Assembly (NCBI GenBank): GCA_005893225.1
Contig: VBOT01000029.1
Span: 1-59,954 of the forward strand
Direction of reading: 5' to 3'
Source of the DNA: Candidatus Eiseniibacteriota bacterium
GTDB lineage: Bacteria > Eisenbacteria > RBG-16-71-46
DNA: 59,954 bases
Shown piece after piece: positions 17,948 through 26,276 of the stretch (its first letter is position 1; every line of letters begins with the position of its first letter). The notes under the pieces were generated by a model that saw nothing but the letters and a program-made list of their open reading frames with translations, was not told where the DNA came from and did no database searches. A program made the translations under genes and the position numbers.

Positions 17948-18559
17948 TTAGCTCTTCTGCTGGTATTGCCGGTCCAGCGCGTCCAGAACGTTCATCGACG
18001 CCAGGTGCTTGACCCGCGCGAGATCGATCAGGCTCTCCCGGTACCAGGGGATCTTGCCCGGACTCCAGCCCAGGTACTCGATGACCCTGAGGGCGCTCCG
18101 GCTGATCCCCGGCAGCTCTTTGACCTGCAGCAACCAGCCGGTCGGAAGATCGAGCTCCAGCGCGGTCCGATACTGGCTCAGGCGGGCGATGTCCTCGTCG
18201 ACATCGGGGCGCGGCGCGAAACCGGTCTTCGCCTTCATGGCCTCGTAGCGCTGCGGAAGGGGATCCGCGTCCGTGCCCCTCCCCGGGTGGTCGGACCCGA
18301 AGTGCGGCTGAAGCGTGCGTTCCCCGGGCTCCACCTCCGGCGCGGGACGCCCTCCGTCGAGGCTCGCCACCACGAACGCGAGGACCGCGTGGTACAGGGT
18401 GATCAGGACCCACTTCCACGAATAGGGGTCGATCACGGCGCCGATCAGCTGCGAGTGAAGGGCCTCCAGGGCCCGCGCGGCATCTTTCTGCTGATCCGAT
18501 TCCACCCACACGCCCGCGCGCTGCAGATGACCGGCCGAGGGAAATGGGCCTTGCGACAT
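17948..18559 (-). CDS. Hypothetical protein, 203 aa (no family recognised)
   Basis: The ORF is intact with GGAGGA 6 nt upstream of the ATG, 31 nt downstream of the preceding gene. The region is visibly less GC-rich than its neighbours. Confidence 0.7.
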   Translation of the reverse strand: MSQGPFPSAGHLQRAGVWVESDQQKDAARALEALHSQLIGAVIDPYSWKWVLITLYHAVLAFVVASLDGGRPAPEVEPGERTLQPHFGSDHPGRGTDADPLPQRYEAMKAKTGFAPRPDVDEDIARLSQYRTALELDLPTGWLLQVKELPGISRSALRVIEYLGWSPGKIPWYRESLIDLARVKHLASMNVLDALDRQYQQKS

Positions 18560-18590
18560 CAGAATCCTCCACGTCGTTGGTCCGGGGGGT

Positions 18591-19142
18591 TCATGCTGCG
18601 CCTTCGGTGAGGGTCACCGGAAGCTCGACTCGAACTTTGTCGAGGGCGTCGTAGAGCGGCGACAAGAAGGCTCCCGACGCCACTGCCGCGGCCAGCGGCT
18701 CGGCGTTGCCTACGATCAACCGCCCCGCCCACGACTCGCCGCCCGAGGCGACCGCACGAACTCCCAACGAGCGGCGCGTGAAAGCCAGCAGCACCTTCTG
18801 CGTGTGCCTGCCAAGACCCGCCACGTGGTCGAGGAAGAGGGTACCGTTCTCGGCCGCCCCGAGCGGGTCACCGCAGGGCGCGGCCAGCGTGGCCGAGAGC
18901 CGGGCATGCAAGGCCCCGAGCAGGCGATGCTGGTCGCGAACGCAATCCACGCACACGAAGGGGCCGAGGCGAAGCTCGCTCTCCCGGTGGAAGGCGTGGG
19001 CGACGTTCAGCCGTTGATCCACCGTCCCTCCGTGGATCAAGACGTTGAAGACATCGTGACGGTGCGACCGGACAAGCAACGCGGGGGCCGTCGATTGCAG
19101 CCCCCGCGCGAGCCAACCCGGTGAGAGTTCCACCTCGGTCAC
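18591..19142 (-). CDS. Degenerate sigma54-activator-type AAA+ core only (no Walker A lysine, no Walker B Glu, no GAFTGA, no HTH)
   Basis: The protein aligns by eye to EBP cores. NVLIHGGTVDQRLNVAHAFH matches VLLTGENGTGKELIARILH, GPFVCVDC matches PFVAVNC, and NGTLFLDHVAGL matches GGTLFLDEVGDM. RLIVGNAEPL...GAFLSPLYDAL..VELP matches RIIAATNRDL...GAFREDLFYRL..IEVP. The GTG start at 19142 overlaps the TGA of the upstream gene (GTGA). Confidence 0.65.
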   Translation of the reverse strand: MTEVELSPGWLARGLQSTAPALLVRSHRHDVFNVLIHGGTVDQRLNVAHAFHRESELRLGPFVCVDCVRDQHRLLGALHARLSATLAAPCGDPLGAAENGTLFLDHVAGLGRHTQKVLLAFTRRSLGVRAVASGGESWAGRLIVGNAEPLAAAVASGAFLSPLYDALDKVRVELPVTLTEGAA

Positions 19143-19447
19143 GACCCCAGACGGTGCCAGCTGGCCAGCGACACCCAACGGAGCGCCGGCGCGTGACCAT
19201 CGGCGGGAGCCAGCCAGCTGGCGAGAACGAGCCTCGGCCAGAACGTCTTCGCGAACTCCAGGACCTGATGGAAGTCCTCGGTCGTGCTGGCCGGGAGACT
19301 GGAAGGAAGGTCCGGATCGACGGGAGTCATCACCGACCCGCCGGAGGGGTCGAAGGGCAAGATCTGCGCATGAGCGGAGCGAGGCGCTGCCGAGAGAACG
19401 AAGAGGCATAGGAACAGCGCGATGGGCAAGGCACGAAGGGCTTTCAT
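19139..19447 (-). CDS. Small secreted protein, 102 aa (no family recognised)
   Basis: AGGAG lies 8 nt upstream of the ATG. A clear signal peptide MKALRALPIALFLCLFVLSAAPRSAHA-QI is followed by a Trp-rich C-terminal half. Confidence 0.6.
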   Translation of the reverse strand: MKALRALPIALFLCLFVLSAAPRSAHAQILPFDPSGGSVMTPVDPDLPSSLPASTTEDFHQVLEFAKTFWPRLVLASWLAPADGHAPALRWVSLASWHRLGS

Positions 19448-19594
19448 CGGAGTTCTCCTGGGTTTGGTGTTTCAAAGCGTCAGGCTGAACCGCGGCCGTT
19501 CAGGCGAGGAATGTGCCGCTTTGGCACGCCAGGAAAACTTATTTGTAAGTCCATGTGCCAAAATTAATTAGCTTTACATTCCAGCCTCCATTCA

Positions 19595-19623
19595 AGTCTA
19601 GACCTGGGCTTTAAGCTCGTCAA
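19595..19623 (-). promoter_or_regulatory. Candidate sigma70-type promoter for the three-gene cassette
   Basis: The minus-sense sequence TTGACG-N17-TAGACT lies inside the AT-rich spacer, about 145 nt upstream of the ATG at 19447. A TCGTAGAAA half-site abuts the -35 hexamer. Confidence 0.3.
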
Positions 19624-19683
19624 TTTCTACGAATGTGCGCCACGAAAATCAAGCAAGTGACTGCTGAAAAATGCGTTACATGA

Positions 19684-22600
19684 CTATCGTAGTTTTCTAC
19701 GAGTTCGTAGATTTCTACGAGATCCGCCGAATCCGTGCTTTCGCATGCGGTAGCGAATCGTGGGCTCCGGCAGACCGAGTTCGCGGGCGGCGAGGCTCTG
19801 ATTGCCGCCGGCACGTCTCAGCGCCTCTTTGAGCAGGCGCTTTTCGAGATCCTCGACCAGGTCCGAGAGACGCTTACCCCTGGCGAGCCTCATCGTCCCG
19901 GCCCGCTCCTCGAGATCGCGCGGGAGCGGAGAGGGATAAAGCACCCCCCCGGGGTTCATCGCGATCACGCGCTCGATGTAGTTCTGGAGCTCCCGGACGT
20001 TCCCGGGCCAGTCGCTCTGCATCACGGCGGCCAGGAACTCGGGGGAGAGCTCCGGCATCTCGCGCTCGAGACCGCGCGCGAACTGGGCCACGAAGTGCTG
20101 TACCAGCGCCGGGATGTCGGCCTTGCGCTCTCTGAGCGGCGGCACCTCGATCGGGATCACGTTGAGCCGGTAGAAGAGGTCCTCCCGGAAGGCGCCGTCC
20201 TCGATCTGCCGCCTCAGATCCCGGTTGGTGGCCGCGATGATGCGCACATCGACCGGAAGCGACTTCCCCCCGCCCACCGGCGTGATCTCGCGGTTCGCGA
20301 TCGCCGAGAGCAGCGCCACCTGCTGCTTGAGCGGCATGTCGCCCACCTCGTCGAGGAACAGCGTCCCCCCGTCGGCCTGCTTGAAGCGCCCCTCACGCCC
20401 GCGCACGTCGGTCGCCACGTTCGGCAAAATGCCGAACAGCTCGGTCTCGAGCAGCGTTTCGGGAATCGCGCCGCAGTTCACCGCCACGAACGGGCGCAGC
20501 CGTCGCTTGCCGCCGTGATGAAGGATGCGCGCGATCAGCTCCTTGCCGGTGCCGTTCTCCCCCGTCAGGAGCACCGTGCTACTGGTGTGGGCGGCCCGCT
20601 CGACCAGGGGCATGATGCGCATCATGGCCGAGCTCGTCCCGATCAGGCGGTGCGACTGGAACTTCACCACCGCCTCCTGCCGCAGCGAGAGGTTCTCGCG
20701 CACCAGGTTCTCGTTGGTCCGCTGCGCCTCCTCGTGACCCCGGGCCTTCTCGATCGCCACCGCCATGAGGTGCGCGAAGCCTTCGATCAGCCCCCGCTCG
20801 GCGTCCCCGAACGCCAGCGAGCGGCGCGAGTCGTCGAGATAGACCGCCCCGATCACCCGGCCGGAGAGGTACATGGGGACACACAGGATCGACCGGAGGT
20901 GCAGGTTGTCCACGCTCTCGAACGCCACGCGGGCGTCGCGCCGCGCGTCCTGGATCAGCAGGCTCCCTCGGCTCTCGGCCACGCGCTGCACCACCCGGCG
21001 GCTGTAGCCCACCGCGTCGCGGCGCATCGCCGCGTCGACCGCGCCGTGCTCCACCAGCGGGACGAGCCGGCCGCTCTCGTCATCGGCGAGCAGCAGCACT
21101 CCGCGCTCCGCATCCAGCTGCTCGACCACCATCTCCATCGCGCGCTGGCCGAGCTCGCGCAGGTCGGAAAGCGAATGCAGCAGCTCGCCCACGGAGCGGA
21201 TCAGGTCGTGATCGTGCGGCAGGACCGACGTCCGCGCCGACGAGCGGCGCAGCCAGGTGACGAGCAACGTGAGCGCCCGCTCGCGCCCGCGGCGGTCGCC
21301 GAGGCGCTCGTAGGCCGCGACCGCTTCCTCCAGCCACTTCCCCACCGCGGGCTGCCGGTCCGCCCCCGATTCGATTGCCACCTGCCCGAGCTCGGTGGCC
21401 GCGGCCGCGCGATCGGGCGGGGCGGGCAAAGCGAGGAGCCGCGCCAGGCATTTCTCGCCCGCGCCGATCCCCTCGGTGAAGCGCCCCGCCACGAAGGCTA
21501 CCTCGGCCCGGAGCTGCTGGACCAGCGCCTCCGCGTAAGGCCGGACGTCCGATCCCTCGAGCAGTCGCTCGGCATCCTCCAGCCTCCGGGCGCCCAGCTT
21601 CGCGTCTCCACGTCTGAGAGCCGCGCGGCCCGCCAGGGAGCGGATGACGGCGCCGACGGAGCGCTGCCCGGGCGAAGCCTGGCCGGCGCGATCGCACACC
21701 TCCTCGGCTTCCTCCCAGCGGCGCTGGGCCATCAAGGTGCGGGCGAGCTCGACACGACACCACTCCAGCTCGTTGGAGAGCCGCGACGCGGTGGCGAGCT
21801 CCAGGGCGCGGCGCGCCGTTCGCTCGGCTCCCCGCAGGCGCCCGGCGCACCGGCAAGCTCCGGCCAGGGCCCGCCAGGCCGAGGTCTCGAGGGCCGGCAG
21901 GTGCGCGCGCGTGAGCCGGATCGCGGCCCGCGCCTGGCGCGCGGCGTTCCGCGGGCGCCCCGTCATGGCATCGGCGTGCGCCAGGTTCGTGATCGCCGCC
22001 GCGGCGTCCCGGGCCCGCCCGTCCTCGAGTGCCATCCGGGCCACCTCGGCGTTGGCCTCGCGCATGCCCTTCCAGTCGCCGGATTCCCAGAGCAACACGC
22101 CCAGGTTGATGAGCAGCTCGCCGGCCGCGAGCCTGAGTCCGGCCGCCCGGGCGCGCCCGAGCGCCTCGCGATAGAGGCGCTCGGCCTCCGCGGGCCGCCG
22201 GCACGCGTGGGCGGCGACTGCCTGCACGCCGATCGCGCGCACCTCGCCCTGGAGCTGTCCGGCGCGCTTGAAGGCATCGACCGCTCGCGCCGCCATCGAC
22301 TCGGCGGCGTCGAGGTCGCTGGCCAGAAGCGAAAACGCGAGGGAGGTCGCCGACATCCCGAGCGCCTCGGGGTCCTGGGCCTCCTCGGCCAGGGCCAGCG
22401 CCTCGCGCGCGGCGATCGCGCCGGCCTCGACCTTCCCCAGGCTCTTCAGCCGCGCCGACTCGTTGGTGAGAAGCCGCGACCGAAGCCCGGGCGCGGCGTC
22501 GGCGAGCACGATGCCCTCCACGCCGGCCCGCTCCAGCAGGCCGGCGCGGAGACCGGCGGTGGAAAGGAGATAGCGGCGCTCGAGCCACGGTCCGGCCTCG

Positions 22601-24840
22601 CTTTCCAGCTCGAGAGCGCGCTCGAGATGGGGAATCGCGTCCGAGTAGCGACCCTGGGCGAAGAGCTCCCGGCCGGCCCGCTCGTGCCAGTGGGCCGCTT
22701 GCTCGGGAACCTCGGTCTCGGCCAGCGTGGCGGCCGCCTCGGCCAGCGCGGCGTTCCCACCCGAGCCCAGCGCCTCCGCCGCGGCCGAGAGCGCCGCCCT
22801 CGCATCTCCCGCGCCACGCAGGTGCCTGAACCTCTCCTCTGCCCCGAGCCCGGGCTCGGCCAGGATCGCGCGGTGGAGGGCGCGCCGCCTCTCGTCGCCA
22901 GCCGCCCCGAGGACCCGATCGGCGAAGGTCTGCGAGGGGAGCGCGATCTGGCCCGGGGCGGGCGTCCGCGCGAGGCCCACCCGGACCAGGAGAGCGAGCG
23001 TCTCGGGGCAGGCCGCCGACTCGATGCGCAGCGCCTTCTCGGGATCGACGGGACGCCGCCAGGCGGCCAGGGCTTCCGCCGCCCGGCGCGCGCTCTCCGG
23101 GAGCTCCAGGAATCTCTCGAGCAGCATCGGCTCGAACCCGACGGCGGCGGCCAGACCCTCGAGCGCCCTCATGTCCACCACCAGGCCCGCGCCGACCTCG
23201 GCGAGCGTCCCGCGCTCGGCGGCGAGATGCAGAACCTGGACCGTGAGCCCCGGATGCCCCGACGCCCGTTCCCACAGGAACGAGACGAGGCGATCCGGGG
23301 CCGGGTCGCCGAGACGGGCCGAGGCCAGCCTCGCCACATCGTCCTCGCCGAGGAAACCGAGCTCGACCGTGTCGGCCACCCCCGCGTCGCTCAGGAGTCG
23401 AGCCTCATCGTCGAGCTCGCCCGGGCCGGGCCGAGAGGCGATCACCCACGCTGCCGCTGGAAGGCCGGGCTCGAGGACCCAGCGGCGGATCAGAGCGCGA
23501 GCCAGTGGGTCGAGGCGATCGCCATCGTCGAGGAGGAACACAGGTGCTCGGTCGCCGAGGACCGAGACGCAGTCCGCCATCGCCTGGAGCATCGCTTCGA
23601 GATCGTGCTCGGACGGGGCGCTCGCGGTCGCCGGGGTTCCGGCCGCAGGCTCCCCGACATCCGTTCCGGCAGGGGGCGCGGGGTGCCTCGCCTGCACTTC
23701 CAGCTCCAGCCTGCGTAGCAGCGCCCGGGCAACGCCGCCCGGTCCCTCGAACCCATCGCAAGAGACGTGAACTGCCGGCCGGCCGGAGAGACTCGCCCGC
23801 GCGCTCAGCTCGCGAAGCACGGCCGACTTTCCGACCCCCGCCTCGCCCGAGATGACGACCAGGCGCGACCGCCGCCGCGCCCCCCGCTCGCTCGGGCCGG
23901 GAGCGACGAGCCGCTCCAGCGCGGCGAGCTCCCGCTCGCGGCCCACCACCACTTCGGTCCCGAGCCGCTCGCTCAGCGGCCGGCGCACGGCGGGATCGAT
24001 GCCCTCGATCTCGCGGCGCACCTCCCGGGCGTCGCTCGGCCTCTCGCGGGGCTCGGGCGCCATCAGACGCAGCACCAGCTCGACCCAGGCCAAGGGCGCC
24101 CCAGCCTCGGCCAGCGGCAAGCCGGACGGGGGACCCTCCTGCTGCAGGCCGAGAAGCCGCTCGGTCGATTCCGCCTCGAAGGGAGGGCGGCCGCAGGTCA
24201 GGGCGTAGAGGCACGCGCCCAGCCCGTAGAGATCCGAGGCCACGCTCGGCGGCTCGCCCCTCACCAGCTCCGGCGCCGCGAAGCCGGGCGTGCCGCGGTG
24301 ACCGCGGCTCACCGCCTCAATCGAGGCGCAGAAGCCGAAGTCCACGAGCCTCACGCCGCGAGGACGCCGATCGCCGGCCTCGCCCTCGAGGACCAGGACG
24401 TTCGAGGGCTTGAGGTCCCCGTGCAGCAATCCGGCCGAGTGCAGCGCCTCGAGGCCGTGGGCGACCTCGTGGCCGGCGGTCAGCAGTGCGGGCCAGTCGC
24501 CCCGGCGGATGGCCTTGTCGGCCGGGGCGCCCGGCACGAATTCCATGGTGTAGAAGGGGGTCCCGTCGGGGGACGTGCCGAGCTCGTAGACCGCGACCAC
24601 CGAGGGGTGCCGGAGGCGCGTGAGCCCGGCGAACTCGTTCCGGAGCTCGTCGAGCGCCCCGGTGGGGCTCCGGAGCCGCTTGAGCGCGCATTCCTTTCCG
24701 GTCGCGAGGTCTCGCGCCCGGAACACTTCGCCCCTGCCACCCTGCCCGAGTCGCTCCATCAGGACGAAACGCCCGGCGAAGGCTTGATCCAAAGCCGCTC
24801 CTCCTCCCGCCCCGAGACCGGCGGGCCTAGCCCGGATCAT
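19684..24840 (-). CDS. Ser/Thr protein kinase - P-loop STAND (AAA_16-like) - TPR - GAF - sigma54-activator AAA+ - Fis-type HTH fusion protein (1718 aa)
   Basis: The kinase region has GQGGRGEVF, ALKRL, HGDLKPSN, DFG and GTPGFAAPE. The STAND P-loop is ISGEAGVGKS. A long TPR-like helical region and a GAF-like region follow. The EBP core has LLTGENGTGKE, GGTLFLDEVGDM and RIIAATNRDL. The C-terminal HTH is SLAARELGLPEPTIRYRMRKHG. Confidence 0.9.
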   Translation of the reverse strand: MIRARPAGLGAGGGAALDQAFAGRFVLMERLGQGGRGEVFRARDLATGKECALKRLRSPTGALDELRNEFAGLTRLRHPSVVAVYELGTSPDGTPFYTMEFVPGAPADKAIRRGDWPALLTAGHEVAHGLEALHSAGLLHGDLKPSNVLVLEGEAGDRRPRGVRLVDFGFCASIEAVSRGHRGTPGFAAPELVRGEPPSVASDLYGLGACLYALTCGRPPFEAESTERLLGLQQEGPPSGLPLAEAGAPLAWVELVLRLMAPEPRERPSDAREVRREIEGIDPAVRRPLSERLGTEVVVGRERELAALERLVAPGPSERGARRRSRLVVISGEAGVGKSAVLRELSARASLSGRPAVHVSCDGFEGPGGVARALLRRLELEVQARHPAPPAGTDVGEPAAGTPATASAPSEHDLEAMLQAMADCVSVLGDRAPVFLLDDGDRLDPLARALIRRWVLEPGLPAAAWVIASRPGPGELDDEARLLSDAGVADTVELGFLGEDDVARLASARLGDPAPDRLVSFLWERASGHPGLTVQVLHLAAERGTLAEVGAGLVVDMRALEGLAAAVGFEPMLLERFLELPESARRAAEALAAWRRPVDPEKALRIESAACPETLALLVRVGLARTPAPGQIALPSQTFADRVLGAAGDERRRALHRAILAEPGLGAEERFRHLRGAGDARAALSAAAEALGSGGNAALAEAAATLAETEVPEQAAHWHERAGRELFAQGRYSDAIPHLERALELESEAGPWLERRYLLSTAGLRAGLLERAGVEGIVLADAAPGLRSRLLTNESARLKSLGKVEAGAIAAREALALAEEAQDPEALGMSATSLAFSLLASDLDAAESMAARAVDAFKRAGQLQGEVRAIGVQAVAAHACRRPAEAERLYREALGRARAAGLRLAAGELLINLGVLLWESGDWKGMREANAEVARMALEDGRARDAAAAITNLAHADAMTGRPRNAARQARAAIRLTRAHLPALETSAWRALAGACRCAGRLRGAERTARRALELATASRLSNELEWCRVELARTLMAQRRWEEAEEVCDRAGQASPGQRSVGAVIRSLAGRAALRRGDAKLGARRLEDAERLLEGSDVRPYAEALVQQLRAEVAFVAGRFTEGIGAGEKCLARLLALPAPPDRAAAATELGQVAIESGADRQPAVGKWLEEAVAAYERLGDRRGRERALTLLVTWLRRSSARTSVLPHDHDLIRSVGELLHSLSDLRELGQRAMEMVVEQLDAERGVLLLADDESGRLVPLVEHGAVDAAMRRDAVGYSRRVVQRVAESRGSLLIQDARRDARVAFESVDNLHLRSILCVPMYLSGRVIGAVYLDDSRRSLAFGDAERGLIEGFAHLMAVAIEKARGHEEAQRTNENLVRENLSLRQEAVVKFQSHRLIGTSSAMMRIMPLVERAAHTSSTVLLTGENGTGKELIARILHHGGKRRLRPFVAVNCGAIPETLLETELFGILPNVATDVRGREGRFKQADGGTLFLDEVGDMPLKQQVALLSAIANREITPVGGGKSLPVDVRIIAATNRDLRRQIEDGAFREDLFYRLNVIPIEVPPLRERKADIPALVQHFVAQFARGLEREMPELSPEFLAAVMQSDWPGNVRELQNYIERVIAMNPGGVLYPSPLPRDLEERAGTMRLARGKRLSDLVEDLEKRLLKEALRRAGGNQSLAARELGLPEPTIRYRMRKHGFGGSRRNLRTRRKLR
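19687..19720. repeat. Two tandem 16-bp palindromes (TCGTAG-N4-CTACGA) with 18-bp period
   Basis: The palindromes are tcgtagttttctacga (19687-19702) and tcgtagatttctacga (19705-19720). They overlap the last 12 codons of the giant kinase-EBP gene. A third half-site tttctacga lies at 19624-19632. Confidence 0.7.
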
Positions 24841-25144
24841 TCATGAGCCTGCTGCTGCAAGGACGACGCGGGGTCATGAATAACCCGGGCTGGCTGGTGG
24901 GATCTCCGTCCCTAACGGATATCACCCTCGAGCGCGGCTTGTCCCGCGCAAAAAACGCCCGGCCGGTGGGTTCGAGGCTCGCCGTGACCTGGATCGTCCC
25001 GACCGGGGCTCGCGCCGCCCCCCTCCGGAGCCACCCCCGTCACTGGCGGTTCGCGGATCCCTCTCCTACATTCAGGCGCCCCGGGAGCCGGGTCGCGCCT
25101 CTCCAGCGCCTGCGGTCTTCCGGGTCTGGAAGGAGGTCGCCGCG

Positions 25145-25585
25145 ATGTCGATCGACTGGAACTGGGCGCTGGTCGTCGTGGGCGCCCTGCTGGTGCTGAT
25201 CGAGGTGGCGCTCGGCGGGTTCACCGGCTTCGATCTGGTGCTGATCGGCTCCTCGATGGCGCTCGGCGGAACGCTGGGATTGATCTTCGGCAGCGTTCCG
25301 GTCGGGCTGGGCCTGGCGAGCGCGCTGTCGCTCGCTTACATCGCGCTCGGCCGGCGCTGGGTGCGGGAGCGCCTGCGCCACCGCCCCGTCGCCTCGAACG
25401 TGGACGCGGTGGTGGGGCAGCGGGCGCTGGTGACCGCGTGCGTGGCGGAGCACCAGCCGGGGCAGGTCAAGGTGCGTGACGAGGTGTGGCGGGCCGTTCC
25501 GGCACCGGGAGTCAGCGGTCCGTTCGAAACCGGCGCCGTGGTCACGGTCCAGGCCATCGACGGTGTCACCCTTCAGGTGAGGTAG
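25145..25585 (+). CDS. NfeD-family membrane protein (short form, C-terminal OB-fold)
   Basis: AGGAGG lies 9 nt upstream of the ATG. Three TM-like segments are followed by GQVKVRDEVWRAV...GAVVTVQAIDGVTLQV. Confidence 0.85.
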   Translation: MSIDWNWALVVVGALLVLIEVALGGFTGFDLVLIGSSMALGGTLGLIFGSVPVGLGLASALSLAYIALGRRWVRERLRHRPVASNVDAVVGQRALVTACVAEHQPGQVKVRDEVWRAVPAPGVSGPFETGAVVTVQAIDGVTLQVR

Positions 25586-25591
25586 CCCAAG

Positions 25592-26265
25592 ATGATCGCT
25601 TCGGTCGGGGTTTTCCTGCTGCAACGTCGAGCCCCAGAAGGTGATCACCAAGGACAACGTCTCGGTGACGGTCGACGCGGTGATCTACTACCGCATCAGC
25701 GACCCGGTGAAGGCGACCTTCGAGGCCCAGAACTTCGCATACGCGGCCACCACGCTGGCGCAGACCAACCTCGCAACCTGATCGGCGACAAGACGCTCGA
25801 CGAGACGCTGGTGGCGCGCGACACGATCAACGCCAACCTGCGCAACCTGCTGGACGAGGCCACCAACACCTGGGCGTCAAGGTGACGCGGGTCGAGGTCC
25901 AGAAGATCGATCCGCCCGCCGACATCACCGAGGCCATGTCGCGCCAGATGAAGGCCGAGCGGGACAAGCGCGCTGCGATCCTCGATTTCGAGGGCGTCAA
26001 ACAGTCCCAGATCCTGCAGGCCGAGGGAGTGAGGCAGTCGGAGATCCTCAGGGCGGAGGGCGACGCCCAGGCCAAGGTGCTGCGAGCCACCGCGGACGCC
26101 AAGGCCATCGAGCTGGTCTCCCTGGCGGCCGAGCAGTTCTTCAAGGATCGGGCCGAGGTCAGCAAGAAGCTGGACGTGCTCCGCGAAGTGCTCGCCCAGC
26201 AGAGCAAGTTCATCGTCCCGGCGGGATCGGATCGGCCCTCGGGCGTCCTCCCCCGTGAGACCTGA
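25592..26265 (+). pseudogene. SPFH/stomatin (band 7) pseudogene: internal 5-prime deletion plus two -1 frameshifts
   Basis: SPFH homology is spread over three frames. The first block is [50 protein letters not shown], with a frame break near 25771. The second is [34 protein letters not shown], with a break in the G-run near 25872. The third is [36 protein letters not shown]. Only about 10 N-terminal codons ([10 protein letters not shown]) precede the first block, where homologs have roughly 70 more. Confidence 0.75.
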
Positions 26266-26276
26266 CCGACGCTAGC

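Noticed and set aside
19511-19560. TGGCAC-containing motifs upstream of the cassette considered as sigma54 -24/-12 promoters.
   Set aside because: Neither has the strict GG-N10-GC spacing nor a TTGC -12 element. One gives GG-N9-GC and the other GG-N11-AC. The adjacent EBP also has a degenerate GAFTGA loop.
19735-23718. A 1327-aa plus-strand ORF, with other very long ORFs of the same kind (1936..3939 +, 4625..6148 +, 14480..16468 -, 21080..23275 -, 35700..37796 upstream part).
   Set aside because: These are antisense or out-of-frame shadows of well-supported genes. Their composition is dominated by R/G/P/A with no recognisable motifs, as expected from stop-codon depletion in very GC-rich DNA.
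24935-24965. The hairpin gcgcgg-cttgtc-ccgcgc followed by an A-run, considered as a terminator.
   Set aside because: The polarity is wrong on both strands: the A-run follows the hairpin on the plus strand, and the U-run precedes it on the minus strand. It lies in a divergent promoter region.
25592-26265. ORFs 25592..25885 and 25882..26265 considered as two separate small genes.
   Set aside because: Their translations are consecutive pieces of a single SPFH domain in different frames, so I called the region a pseudogene instead.
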